Positions 1 through 13,744 are shown, counted from the first letter of the stretch. The stretch: 64,000 bases of DNA from Felis catus (GCF_018350175.1 NC_058383.1:14758001-14822000), one strand, 5' to 3'. Notes: a model not told the origin generated them from the letters alone. Made by a program: numbers and translations.

Positions 1-441
1 CTTCCTAGGAGGAGCTCACCGGTCTAAATTAATATCTTGCTTACACGATATGTCTGTGGTGTTGAACAAGCCTGCCGAGTAAATTCATGTAATCATTGCC
101 TATTGTATCTGATTAAGTCATTCTTAAAACAACTAGTTTCTGTGTAATTATTAATTACTAATTACGAATCAATTACTAAGTCCCAGGTTGAGAGTCTGTT
201 ATATTTACAGACACTTGCTACCCTCCCTCTCTGATCTCTGACCTGTGTTCATGCGGAAATTGGGTGCTAGTCCGGTACCCGCCTCCTAGTATCCTTGGAA
301 ACGAAGACAGAAAAAAACCCCACATTAATGGTTTGTCTTAGAGGGGACCACGCTGAAATCTCGTGAGGTCAACAAGATATACAAATGACACACTTAAGTA
401 CCGAGACAAGACTGAACATAGTGAGTATGAAAACAAGTGCA

Positions 442-666
442 GGGGCGCCTGGGTGGGTCAGTTGGTTAAGCCTCTGACTTCGGCTCAGGTCATGATCTCA
501 CAGGTGGTGAGTTCGAGCCCCACGTCGGGCTCTGCGCTGACAGCTCAGAGCCTGAAGCCTGCTTGGGGTTCCGTGTCTCCCTCTCTCTCTGCCCCTCCCC
601 AGCTCATCCTCTCCCTCTCCCTCAAAAATAAATAAACATTAAAAAAAAAAAAAAGAAAAAAGAAAA
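442..666 (+). mobile_element. CanSINE (felid SINEC_Fc-type)
   Basis: GGGGCGCCTGGGTGG head, CT-rich segment, A tail; TSD GAAAACAAGTGCA at 429-441 and 667-679. Confidence 0.93.
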
Positions 667-3600
667 GAAAACAAGTGCAGACCAGAAGTGCTCCAGTTCA
701 GGCGAGGTAACAAGGTGAAGCTTCTGGGTGGCTTCCATGGGACCTATCCACTCGGTGGGGTTCTGCTGAGGACAGACATGGGGTAAAGGCGGCTTGGGGG
801 ACAGCCCCTGGCGGGAGCCTGTGTGCCAACTCTGTAGATTGGTTAGGCAGTTCGGGTCCTAAAGCATTTCTGGAAATAGTAGACCCTCGGGCAATGGCAG
901 GCTCTATTCATTTTCTTTTAATTAGCTGAATAACATCATGAGTGAAAAAAGTCCCTCCAAAGGAGGAGAAATCAGGGTACCTTCACCCATTTCTATTTTT
1001 GTCTGTTTCCAAAGACCTTGAGTAACAAAATCCAATTCATATAAAAATAGCGATGATGATAAAGGTAGTCTGAATTTATGTATCCTCTTATATCCAGAGG
1101 GCTCCAAGAACTTTTTATATGAACACATAATTTTTCTACACTTGTCTCAGTGAGGCAAGCACTGTAAGGCCTTTTTTTTTTTTTTTTTTTTTTTTAACCT
1201 GAAATAGAAAAGAGCCTTCAGGCACAGGGCCATACCTGAGACAGGTCTAGAACCAGGCCTCCTGATTCTGACTCCGGGGCAAGTGCGTGATGGCAAGGAA
1301 GGAAGTTTGCAACAGCTGAAACCGGGGGTGGGGGGGGAGGAGCAGTGGCAGTGACAAATGACAGCTGTCACTCACTGAGAATCTACCAGGTCCCAGCTCT
1401 TTGCCGTGAGTTTCGTGCTCATTATCTCAGTTAAGGTGACCACACCATGAACTAAGGCACTTTTACAGACCAGACTATGAATCAGAAGGCAGGAGCAACT
1501 TGTGTAAGTCGCGGTACTTACGATCAAAATTGGAATGGCACCGTAAGCCCCAAACTCACCACGTAGTTTCCCTGTGCCACAGTCTGTTGGGGAACTTCTG
1601 AAAACATTATAGGACTTAAAAATGAAAAACTAAATTGTATGGAAGCTTGTTTTTTGCCTAAAAAAAAAAAAAAAACCCACACCAACCAGGCTGCTTTATA
1701 ATACTGTTCCCGTTACGCACTTACGACCAGAAAACTCAGGGCTCAAGTCTTCCAGGGCAACTTCTAGGCTAGCTGTAGGATTCTTGCCTTTCCCTCCAGT
1801 TAGGGGTAACTCAGAAGGAAGACAGAAATGGCTAGGTGTGTGGACGAATTCAAGATATCTAGTCCCAAAGCAAGACAGCCAGACTGATAGAGGAAGGCTA
1901 AAGGAGGCGTGAACAATAAAGACAGAAAGTTCATGCAACCGGCATCCCTGAGGCCGTGCCTTGTGCTTTCTTTGTCTCCTTTCCAGGGAGGTAGAGATAA
2001 GAGTAGATCTGTAATGGTTGCAGATCTGCCCTGGGGGGCCGACGCCCAGATTTTGTTCAGGTGATCACGCGTCTGCCAGACTCACGAAAAATATGATAGC
2101 GGAGCATGACAGGAGGGGTTCACTGAACAGGCACCCCTTGGGGAGACAGTAGGCATTATGGTGACCCAGTGGTGGGTCTAGGCAAGGTGTGAATGTCAGC
2201 AGAGAGGGGGCCGCTTTCCTACACGGACTCTGCCCTGGGCAGGTGGGAGGGGTGCCAGGCGGCCTCCTCCCCTGGCCGGGCAGCGAAGGTTCCTCCCCGG
2301 GGCACGTGGCCAGGAGAAGTGATTTGACAGGTCTACAAAATGACGTGACAGGTCTTCAAGATGCGCGATCTCTCCGTCACTCCCCAGATGCCAGGGAGCC
2401 GTGGCCATCTGGGCGGAAGGCCTCACTCGTGCTCCTCTGGGACCCAGTGGAATTTGTTTTCTGTGCTACCCGTGGTCATTGGCACAGCGTGGCCTGGGCT
2501 GAAGGGCCGGCCATAAATATGATGGACATTCAGAGGAAGGATGCTGTTCCTTGACTGTCTGAAAAAGAAGCGCCTTCGGGGTAATTACTCACACCTGTTT
2601 CACCTCAGCGTTCGGGTTTGGGCAAGTGGAGAAAGATCCTGTGCGGGACCTGCTCCAACTCCCTCATTTTACAGATGGGGAAACTGAGGCAGGGGAGCTC
2701 CTCCAATGGGTCGAAGGGCTGAGAATAGGAGCTAGGTCTCTGACCCCCACTACTGTGCTTTTTGATATTCCAGACTATTCTTGCTGATGCAAATCTACTC
2801 CCTGCTCTCCGTCTCTCACACCTCTGATCTACGCTCACCTGAGTCGGCTTCTGAAAAAACCACGGATCCCATCAGGACGCCCTGGTTCAGACCCACAACG
2901 GCTTCCCAACTCTTTGTGACGGCTGAGCACTCCCTCCAATCCACCCCTGCCCTCCCTCCTGCCTCGCTGCACTCGAGCCAGGCCAGTCGTCTTGCTGTTC
3001 TGGGCATATGCCAGCTTGTTCCCACCTCAGGACTTTGAACTTGCTGTTGCTTCTGCACAGAAAGCCCTCCCCTCAGTTCTTGATAAAGCCTGCTCCACCT
3101 TCTCATTCCTTCCTGAGCCATTTCACCTCCTCCAGGAAGCCCGCCCTAACCAGCCATGCCCACGTAGCCCCCCCCCCCCCCCCCCCCCGTCTCTATCCTA
3201 TCACTCTGCTTTGTTTTCACCATAGCACTTAGCAGGAGATGACACTTATAGACCCGCTGATTCATTCACTGCCGACGCCCGAAAGCTGCCTGGCACATCG
3301 GAGGCTCTTAACCGTGGGTTGAATTACTGTGGTGAAGGATGACTCCCGTGGCCACCCCTTGGGCACCACACACCTTGGTTGGATGGCGAAATGGAATTTG
3401 ATCAAAGCGTTCTGGCACCAGGCGGTCTCAGGAAAACACTTCACTTCCAGTGACGAAGTAAATACCAGAAACGGCTTTCCAGCTTCCGAGAGAACTCGGT
3501 GAGGAGTTTGGTTTGTGGCGGCCTCTCACATGTACCCTTGGGATTCGAAGGTGTCGCATTCCATGCTGTGACCCACACAGCTAATCACCAGAAAGGCCAG

Positions 3601-4272
3601 GAGCTTTGGCTCGCCCTGAGCCAAAGCGCTTGACTCTAAAACGCACTTGAGGACCCGAACGTCGTGGATCTTCTTCCTTCTCCGGCTTTTTCTGCGTTCT
3701 GGTTTCTCAAACTGCTGCAGCCTCCCCCCAAACCCCCCTACTGGGAGGGCACGCTCAACCCATCCATCACTTGCCCAAACTAGCAGATTTGCAGCTTCTG
3801 ATTGCAGAGTGAGGACTAGGACCGGACCACCCCGGCATGGAGTCTGCTTTCTGGGGCATCTCGGAGAGAAACAATTGCTCGCTGAAGCGTGAACGATGAG
3901 CCAGCCCAGCCATTCCAGCAGCTTCCTCCCTGCGTCCCAATCAAGTCACTGATCTGTTGAATTGGATAGGCTGACTGCAATTGCTAAATTGAAGGAATCA
4001 GAAGCAACTGGGCGGCACTTTCCCGAGTCATGAAACCCTCAAGCTCAGCGCCCTCAGATTCTTGGCTCCTCCCCTGGTGCCTCCACATCCCCCCAGGGGC
4101 TCCCACGGGTAACTTCAATCCTTTCCTCCTCTACGATGTCTGTGCTTTTCAGCCCCTGCCCCCCCATCTACATGAGACCCTCAGCCATTACCTGGATGAC
4201 TCCAGGAGCACCCTTGCTACGCTCCAGGCTCTGGACTGGTCCACCTTGTACAAATGGCCAGATTATCCTTTC

Positions 4273-4496
4273 TTTTTTTTAAAATTTGTTTTAACATTTT
4301 ATTTATTCTTGAGACCGGGAGAGACAGAGCATGAACAGGGGAGGGTCAGAGAGAGGGAGACACAGAATCTGAAACAGGCTGCAGGCTCTGAGCTGGCAGC
4401 ACAGAGCCCAACGCGGGGCTTGAACTCACGGACCGCGAGATCATGACCTGAGCCGAAGTCGGCCGCTTAACCGACTGAGCCACCCAGGTGCCCCTG
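4273..4496 (-). mobile_element. CanSINE
   Basis: Reverse-complement SINE consensus; TSD TTATCCTTTCT on both sides. Confidence 0.92.
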
Positions 4497-5009
4497 GGTT
4501 ATCCTTTCTAAAACCAAGGTCTTGTCAGCTCAGCGCTATTGGTTTCCTGCGTCCTCACCTTCACATTCGAAGTCCATCAGAACCTGCCCAGCTTCTACTC
4601 ATCCCTCAAGCCACCTCCGCAAAGTCTTCTTTGATTCCTCCGGGGGTAGAAGTGCTTCCCCCTCTACACTTGCACAAATGCCCGTGCATTTCTTTTGTGT
4701 CTCAGTCATCCATACGTTCTACCTTGACTTGTCAGTGCCCATGGCTTCCCTCCTACACCTCTTTGTTCATCTCTGTGTTCGCCACACTGCCTTGCACCCC
4801 ACGCTGTTTAAATAGATGCCATCAACACTGGTGTTGACAATAGGTTCATTATTTTAAAGAGGTTCAGTGATCGCCCCAGATGAATACAATAGCTGCATCA
4901 GCAGTAGGAGAAAGACGTCATTACCTCTTTCTGTCTTTTAGACATCATCAAGGTTTTCCTGAGAGGTCTATCTCATTTTAATATATATTCTTTTCATAGA
5001 GCTTTTAGA

Positions 5010-5233
5010 TTTCTTTTTCTTTTTTTTTAATTTTTAATGTTTACATCTTTTTGAGAGAGACACAGAGTGTGAGCAGGGGAGGGGCAGAGATAGAGGGAGA
5101 CACAGAATCCGAAGCGGGCTCCGGGCTTGGAGCTGTCGGCACAGAGCCCGACGCGGGGCTCGAACCCACGAACCATGAGAACGTGACCTGAGCTGAAGTC
5201 GACGCTCAACTGACTGAGCCACCCAGGCGCCCC
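5010..5233 (-). mobile_element. CanSINE
   Basis: Poly-T tail to CCCAGGCGCCCC; TSD TTTAGATTTCT. Confidence 0.92.
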
Positions 5234-6479
5234 GGTGCCTTTAGATTTCTCAGGTGTTTTCACATCTGTTACGGCATTTTATCTGCATGCTAAGTCTTCC
5301 AAAATGTGGGTAAAAGCACACCGAAACACTGTAAATAAAATTTCCTTACAAATAAATATATACTAAGTGCTATTTGTGTGCTAGGCATTGTGCAGGGTAC
5401 TAGGGGCCCGATGGTTAGTGGAGCTTGCAGGCTTATGACAGACAACAATTTCCATATTATGTGGTAAGTGCTCTAAGAGCAGCAGGCATACGTTTCTATA
5501 GGGGCATAGAGGAGGCACCCCTCTCCCAGAGGAAGTGAAAGCTAGGGACAGTCTTGAAAGGCAAGTTGGGGGTTGAGGTTTGCAGTGTAGAAAAAAAGAC
5601 ACAGCCTTGGCTCAGGGATAAGAGAGAACCCAGCCTATTGGAACAACTGAAATTCATTCATTATCGCTAGAGAATCCAGAGTGGGATGGGAACGGTGAGT
5701 GTCTGCCATTAGTTTTAGGGCAGTTATTAATACTCTCATCCTTACAACGTGGAAACTGAGACTCAAAGAAGGGAAGTCACTTATAAAGATCTAATGCACA
5801 CCCCAAATTCTTTTGGGAAGACCCCTGTGGAATCTCCAATTCTAATCATAGTCTGGGCGCACACCAAGCTCACGCTGACACAGCCTTCTTATTATCTCTC
5901 ACTTTACATCAGAGAGTTCTTGAATCTTCTGATTTCTGTCACTATTCTTCCCTAAGAGAGTCATCAAAGGACATCAAAAGAATTCTGAAAGACTGAGAGA
6001 GGAGTCTTTACATGTACCTCAGTTTGACTTTGGTCATTGGTTAAACATCTCTTTAAAATGCTTTTAGTGGGTAGCTATCGTTCAATAAATGTGTGTGGCA
6101 ATGAAATGCCCCTAATCTTTTCACCACTTTTCATCGGCCCCAGCTAAAAAGAATACACCATAATGCAAAAAAAATTTTTTTGTATGATGCTTCAGACTCT
6201 ACAAATAACAATACAATAGAAAGAAAGATAGGTAACATTAATAGAACAGTCGGGTAATGTTCTAAATGCTTTGCAGTTAACCGCATTACAACTCCAAGAG
6301 ATGGGTTCTGTTAGCACCTTTCTTTACATTTGGAGGAAGACAGAGGCCCAGAGGAGTAAAATAACTCACCCAAGGTTATAGGCTACGCACTGTTGACATC
6401 AGTAATCTGCACTTCATCACTTTGCTACATCTTCTGTAAAGACCAAACATTTGCAGGTCTATTGTATTTTTTAAAAAAT

Positions 6480-6937
6480 TAAAATTTTTTTTTCAATTTT
6501 TTAATTTTAATTTTATTATGTAATTCATTTCAAGTTAGCTAACAGAGAGTGTATGCAGTGTGCTCTTGGCTTTGGGAACAGATTCCCCTGATACATCACC
6601 TACATACAATACCCAGTGGTCGTCCCAACAAGTGCCCTCCTCAATGCCCGTCACCCATTTTCCGCCTCCCTTTGCCCTCCACCCCCATCAACCCTCAGTT
6701 TGTTCTCTGTAGTTAAGAGTCTCTTATGGTTTGCCTCCCTCTCTGTTTATAACTATTTTTTGCCTTCCCTTCCCCCATGGTCTTCTGTTAAGTTTCTCAA
6801 ATTCCACATATGATTGAAAACATACGATACCTTTCTTTCTCTGACAGACTTATTTCACTTACCATAACGCCCTCCAGTCCTATCCATGTTGTTGCAAATG
6901 GCAAGATTTTGTTTTTTTTCATTGCTGAGTAGTATTC

Positions 6938-6991
<54 letters not shown>

Positions 6992-7065
6992 CAGCTTCTT
7001 TATCCATTCATCAGTTGATGGGCATTTGGGCTCTTCCCATAATTTGGCTATTGTTGATAGTGGTG
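6480..7065 (-). mobile_element. Carnivore L1 3' end containing a (GT)n tract at about 6940-6990
   Basis: T-rich tail and L1 3' UTR/ORF2-end motifs (TTATTTCACTT..., TCCATGTTGTTGCAAATGGCAAGATTT). Confidence 0.85.
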
Positions 7066-7067
7066 CT

Positions 7068-7267
7068 ATTTATTTTTGAGACAGAGAGAGAGGGAGTGTG
7101 TGTGTTGGGGGGGGGGAGAGTGAGGGAGGGGCAGAGAACGAGACATGACCTGAAGCAGGCTCCACCCTTCAGCATAGAGCCCAATGCAGGGCTCAAACTC
7201 ACGAACCACGAGATCATGACCTGAGCCGAAGTCAGACGCTTAACCAACTGAGCCACCGAGGTGCTCC
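7068..7267 (-). mobile_element. CanSINE
   Basis: GAGATCATGACCTGAGCCGAAGTC...ACTGAGCCAC motif. Confidence 0.88.
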
Positions 7268-7789
7268 TCTATTTTTTTTTTCTGATATTATCAACTATGA
7301 GAGTCAAGGCAGAGGAAATATTATAAACACCTCGTTTTTGGTATATTTTAGAAACTGAGGTTCTGACACACACTGTGGCTTGCCCATAGCCGCTCATCTG
7401 ATTTCTTGGCCTTCACGGGCCCCTCACCGGCCTCATCTATCCTGTCTGTTGGTATATGAGGAGACATTTGGGCTTTTTCTGCAGTTGTGTGAAGAAAGGA
7501 AAGCCTTTCCATAGGCAGGTACCCAAGTTGGGTAGAAGCAGGAACCCCCTGGAAGCTTCTTTATTAATAATGATGATGAGAGAAGTGATGTCTTACAAGC
7601 AGGTAGCACTTTTTAACTATTTTCAGTGCATCTCTATATGTATTATCAGGTCTACTCCTCCCAATGTCCTTGGGGGGTGACTAGAAGTTGGATTTTTTTT
7701 TTAACCCATCTGGTTAGGCGAGGAAACCAGAACAGAGGTTTCATAACTTGCTGAATGAATTTATTCACAACAGCGTGGTTGACAAAGAG

Positions 7790-8600
7790 TTGTCTTAACA
7801 TGTGGGCAAGGATCTAAAGCGAACGAGGAAATGAGCCCTGACGTGTCTGGGGGACAGGTTTCCAACTAGAAGAAGACATAAGTGCAAAGGCCCTGGGGCG
7901 GGTACCTGCTTGATGTGTCTGAGGAACACGCAAGAAGCCAGAGTGGTTACAGCAGAGAGCAGAAGCTAAGGGTAGCAGAGGCACGCCAGGCAGGATTTCA
8001 GCTTTTAGAAAAGACAAGGGGGAGCAAATGAGTGACAGGAGCTGTCTCACACCGTGACTTCAAGTCTGGTTATATTAGTAAAGGGCGGCGGGCAACGGCG
8101 GACACAGGAAGACCAGCGAGGAGCTACTGCACTAATTCAGGCAACAGACAGTGGCGGCTTGAACCAGGAGGAGAAGGGGGAGAAATAGCCAGATACTGGA
8201 TTTGACACCTCCCCCTCCCCAGGAGGAGGGTTAGAAACATAACACCTTTCAGGAGGGCCTGGGGGCTCAAGACTGAAATCCACTGTGCGGTCTGGCGCCC
8301 AGGCTTGCTGAGGGGCTGAAGACGGAACGTGACAAAGTGGTGACATCCAAGAGAGAGTGTCATAGGAGTCTGGGGTTCAGAAGAAGTGTCTGAGCGTATG
8401 AATCTGGGAGACTTCAGCATATACAGGTATTATCATGGAGGTCATCAGTGACCTCGACTGGAGCTTTATTACAGAGTAGGAGCAGGAATGGAAGTCCGTC
8501 CCATCAGAGGGGACTCAGGAGTCAAGGTGAGGACAGACTCGATGGCAGTGAGGGAGTCCAGACTACTCTTTGGAGGGTTATCCACGGAGGGCAGAAGAGA
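7790..8600 (-). mobile_element. Old L2 fragment
   Basis: L2-like AAGTGCAAAGGCCCTGGGGC...TGTGTCTGAGGAAC...AAGAAGCCAGAGTGG; boundaries approximate. Confidence 0.6.
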
Positions 8601-10419
8601 AATGAGTTATGAGCCGGAGGTGGCGGGGGCGGGGGGGGGGGGTGGACAGAGTTTCATTTGTTCTTTTCAGGACGAGAGTTGTCCTAGAAGGTTTGTATCC
8701 TAATAGGATGACGCAGTGGAGAGAGAGGAGCCGACGCACATTTGACGTTTGTTCGCTCGTGAATCCTCAAGATCCTCAAGGAGATGGCCACAACTCCCAC
8801 TTTATAAGCGAGGAGCGGAAGTTAGCGAATTTGGAGATTGCACAGTAAAACGGCCCAGCTGGGGTTCAGACCCGGGTCTACCAGACCTCAAGATAAGTGC
8901 TTTCCCACTGTTCTGTGTGGGACGTGGAACACGGCACATCGGTTTCTTCGGGTTCAAAACACCAATCGATGTGGGGTCTGTACATAAGAGGGACCTAAGG
9001 GTTTGAGGGTACCCAGGCTCAACGGGCCCAGAATGCTTTGGGTCTCAGGAGAGCCACCCAAGCTGCAGCCAAGTTCTAGCAAACCCTAGGATATACTTAA
9101 GGCCGAACAGGCGGGCGGCCCGCCCTGGGAGGAGGGTGAGAAATACAACATCTTTCAGGAGGGCCTGGGGGTCCAAGCCTGAAATCCACTGTGCAGTGTG
9201 GCAGCCGGGGGGGGGGGGTGGTCCCAGGCGAGCCCAGAGCAGGCGGTATCGCTGAAAGCCCCCCGCCTAGGAAGGGAGGACGGAGTGGGCCGCATCTCTG
9301 GAATGCCAACAGCAGGAAAGAACTCCTGTGAAGGATGGGATGATTGGAGCACGTATGCACGCTGCAGGGAAGAAAACTGCAACCGGGAGAGACTGCAGAT
9401 AAGAGTGTCTGAAAATTTTATGACTCTGTGTTATTCCAACTCAAAGTCTTGATTGAACTTAGCAATGCAGATCCGGTGAGCCAGGAGCATTTATATTTCA
9501 TATTTTGAGAGCTGGTCCCTTCGTTTCCCTTCACGGGGAGCTTTATGAATTGGCGGAAGGTGAGGAAAGCTAAATGAGACACTGAAAGCGACCGTGCAAT
9601 TAATCATCTTGTTTTTATCGCCGCGAAAGTCGTGGCGTGGACACCGGCGGAATCTAGCAGCCACTCTCGGCTCTGATCGACAATCCTCTTTCATTTTCCG
9701 TGCAAGAATTTTGATTTATTCTTTTTGGTGAGGTTGATAGGAGGGAGGTGGGCCTGTGACTCTTTGATTCATGGTTAACGCGAAAATTTTTCTTGACTGC
9801 AAGAAATTGAACATTATTGATTCTGGAAAGATGAAAACATGAAGCGATCTGATATAAAAGCCGAAAGGTCAAAGCCACAAAGGTCTGAGAAAGAAAACAA
9901 AGACAGCCTTTCGCAGGAGGGAACTTGGGCATGAAATACTTCACCCTCCAGAAGCTCAAACCCCCGGAAGCCACCGCCTTCACACCTGGACGTTCCCCGC
10001 CCCCTACACCACTGCGGAGCCCTCAGCTTCCGGTTACCGGGATTCTCACGGAAAACCCGAGACGTTTTCTCAGCTCACCGGTCACAAGCCCCCCGATTAA
10101 GCATCTTCAGTTCGCAGACATCTGAATGCACTGTGCAGCGGGGTGACTTAGGCGGAAATGAGCAGGTGGATTCTTTGGATTTCTGGTGTTGCTGGTGTTG
10201 TGGATTATTTGAACAGGGGAGGGAACAAGGGAGGTGTTTCATTTTAAGGCCGGGAAAGGTTTCTTTGACATGGCATGGTGCATTCGGTGTTTGGGAGGCT
10301 GGGGAGGTGGCACGGACTGACTGCTGTCCCTGTCACTGCACCTGCACTGCCGGCGGTGGATCTTTCTTCACTGCTACCTAGTGTTCCAGAGAATGAGCAA
10401 GCCATCATTTAGTCTTCAC

Positions 10420-10461
10420 TATTTTTTTTATTTTCTTTTAAAAATTTTTTAAGTTTATTTA

Positions 10462-10499
<38 letters not shown>

Positions 10500-10882
10500 G
10501 GGGGAGGGGCAGAGAGAGGGCGAGAGAGAGAACCCCAAGCAGTCTCCTCACTGCCAGCGTGGAGCCCGATGTAGGGTTTGAACTCACGAACCCTTGAGAT
10601 CCGTGACCTGAGCCGAAATCAAGAGTCGGCTGTTTAACGGACGGACCCACCCAGGTGCCTCTCTTCGCTATTTTTAAAAAATGTTTATTTATTCATTTTT
10701 GGCACAGGGCGAGCACAACAGGGGGAGGGACAGAGAGAGAGGGAGACACAGAATCCGCAGCAGGCTCCAGGCTCCGAGCCGGCAGCACAGAGCCCGATGC
10801 GGGGGCTCGAACTCACGAACCAGGAGATCATGACCTGAGCCGAAGTCGGAGGCTCAACCGATGGAGCCCCCCCAGGCCCCCC
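10420..10882 (-). mobile_element. Two tandem CanSINEs (about 10420-10658 and 10670-10882)
   Basis: Two consecutive reverse SINE consensus matches; the first has a (GA)n tract. Confidence 0.88.
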
Positions 10883-11820
10883 TGTTCTTCACTTTTTGAT
10901 GGCTATCTGGGTGGTCTCCAGTTAGAGCTGGGAGGGTACTGTTTTGAATACTGGCAGCTCATGGGCCTTGACGCTCTGTGCGCTCTCCTCTGTAAGGCTC
11001 GCAATGGGAGAGGGATTCTCAGGCACCGGTATGCGTGCCGTTAAGACGGAGTGCCAACCCGTTTTCCAAAAACCGCATACCCGCGCTGGTAGGAAATGAC
11101 TCTGGCTGCTCCTTGTCCTTGCCCACATGTGGTAATGCCATCCTTTTCCATGTTAACCGTGCAGGTAAGTGCGCAGTGGTGTTTCATTATGATTTCTTTA
11201 TTGATATTTTTATCCAGCTTTACTAAGGTATACTTGACACGAAGTGTGGAGTCTGGATGAGTGCATATACCCGTGCGACTACCGCCCTGTCACACACACA
11301 TGCACACACACATACGTGGTTCTGGTGAGTTTTATTCTTGGTGTTACACACAGTTCCGTAAACCTGACTGACTCATGGTATTTTCTGAAGGCCTGAGAGA
11401 CAATTATAACCATCACCATAATCAGGATACCAAGAAGTTCCTTCATGTCCCTAAATAGTTTTGAGTAAACCTTTGCGGTAAAGCCCTCCCCTCACCCCCA
11501 AATCCTGACAACCACTCCTCTGCTGTTCCTATAATCCTATTTTTTCCAGAATGTCCTATAAATGGAATCATACAATATCTTTTTTAAGACAAACTTTTTT
11601 CATTCAGCCAAAAGCCTTTGAGATTCACTGACATTCCTACATATATTAATAGTTTACTCATTTTTTTTGTTGCTGAGCAATATTCCATGTTTTCCATGGT
11701 ACCACAGTTTATCTGTTTACCAGCTTATAGATAATGTAGGTCATTTCCAGTTTTGGACAATTGTGAAAAGAGCTGCTATAAACGTTCATGCACAAGTCAC
11801 AACTCGTGTGTGTGCATAGA

Positions 11821-11902
11821 TTTCTTCCTTCCTTCCTTCCTTCCTTCCTTCCTTCCTTCCTTCCTTCCTTCTTTTCTTTCTTCCTCCCTCTCTCTCTTTT
11901 TC

Positions 11903-11937
<35 letters not shown>

Positions 11938-12013
11938 CTCCCTTTTCTTTCTTTCTTTCCTTCCTTCCTTCCTTCCTTCCTTCCTTCCTTCCTTCCTTCC
12001 TTCCTTCCTTCCT

Positions 12014-12112
<99 letters not shown>
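11821..12112. repeat. Compound (TTCC)n/(TTTC)n microsatellite forming the tail of a SINE
   Basis: About 290 bp of pure pyrimidine on the + strand, abutting the SINE at 12113. Confidence 0.97.
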
Positions 12113-12236
12113 CTGAAGTAGGCTTTACACCCAGTGCAGGGCCCAATGTAGAGCTTGAAATCATGACCCTGAGGATCAAGACCTGAGCCGAGATCAAGAG
12201 TCCAACGTTCAACTGACTGAGCCACCCAGGCACCCC
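12113..12236 (-). mobile_element. Short CanSINE
   Basis: ACCTGAGCCGAGATCAAGAGT...ACTGAGCCACCCAGGCACCCC. Confidence 0.88.
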
Positions 12237-13029
12237 AAGAGTTCTAATTCAACTAGGGTAAATTCTGAACGGGGGTGTTGGATCATATGTTGATCTTATG
12301 CTCAACTGTGTTTGAAAATGCCCAACTGTTTTGGCAGTAAAGTGGCTGTGCCATTTTACTGTCCATGAGCAACATGTAAGAGTTCCAATGGCTCTGAATG
12401 CTCACTGACATTTAGTGTTATCAGGGTGTTTATTGCTTTGTTTCATCTGTTTGTTTTAATTTAGGCAATCTGACAGGTGTACCTCCCTGTGGTTTTAACT
12501 GCATCCCCCTCTAATGACTCATGACATTGAGTATCTTTTTTCCCTCTGCTTATTCACCATCCACCTCTCTTCTTTGGTGAAGTGCCTGTTCACATGTTTT
12601 GCCCATTTTTGCATCGGGATGTTTGTTTACTCACTGTTGATTTTTGAAAGTTTCTTTGTATATTCTGAATAGGAACCCCTTTTGGGATGTGTAATTTACA
12701 GATATTTTCTCCCACTCCACTTTCCCTTTCATCCTTTTAACAGTATATTTATTTATTAATTTTTTTTACAAAGCAAGAGCTTTTGATTTATTTTCATAAT
12801 TTTGTTTCTGTGGAAGTACACTGGCATAAAATTTTCTATTAGTTTCCAGGTACACATTTTACTGATTTGATTTTTTTTTTTTTACATTATGAAACGATCC
12901 CCGTGAAAAGCCCAATTACCATCTGTCACTACACAAAGTTATTACAATATTATTGACTATATTCCCTCTGTTGTACTTTACACCCTTGAGACTTCCTAAT
13001 TTTATGACTGGAATCCCCTTCACCTATTT

Positions 13030-13259
13030 CTTTTTTTTTTTTTTTAATTTTTTTTTAACATTTATTTATTTTTGAGACAGAGAGAGACAGCGCATGAGCA
13101 GGGGAGGGTCAGAGAGAGAGGGAGACACAGAATCTGAAGCAGGCTCCAGGCCCTGAGCTGTCAGCCCAGAGCCCGATGCGGGGCTCGAACTCACGGACCA
13201 CGAGATCATGACCTGAGCTGAAGTCGGATGCCCAACCGACTGAGCCACCCAGGCGCCCC
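13030..13259 (-). mobile_element. CanSINE
   Basis: Full consensus; TSD CCCTTCACCTATTTC. Confidence 0.93.
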
Positions 13260-13744
13260 ACCCTTCACCTATTTCATCCATATTCCGCTAATCCCCTCTC
13301 CTCTGGTAGCCACCACTTGCTTTTCTGTATCTATGGGGCCATTTCTGTTTTGTTTTGTTTGTTCATTTGTTTTCAAAATTCCACATCGAAGTGAATCATA
13401 TGGTATTTGTCTTTCTCTACCTTATTTCACTCAGCATTGTATTGTCTAGGGTCGTCCATGTTGTCACAAATGCAGGATTTCATTTTTTTTTTTTTGGCTG
13501 AAGATTATTCCAGTGTGTGTTTGTGTGTATATGAAAAATGCTGTAGTGAACATGGGGGGTGATAAAGCTCTGAGAATTGTTATTTTTATTTTTCTCAGGT
13601 AATTACCTCGAAGTGGAATTGCCGGATCATGTGGTAGGTGTATTTTTAACTTTTTGAGGAACCTCCATACTGTTTCCTGGTTCATTCCTACCAACATTGT
13701 ACTGAGGCTCCTTTTCTCCACAGACTCACCAACACTTGTTATTT

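Noticed and set aside
442..520. tRNA-like A/B boxes
   Set aside because: Heads of tRNA-derived SINEs, not tRNA genes.
363..635. ORFs containing GAWVAQ...SAQVMIS (here and at many other sites)
   Set aside because: Recurrent translation of the CanSINE consensus.
11709..12233. Long ORFs rich in ERKK/SFLP repeats
   Set aside because: Translations of the (TTCC)/(TTTC) microsatellite plus a SINE; not genes.
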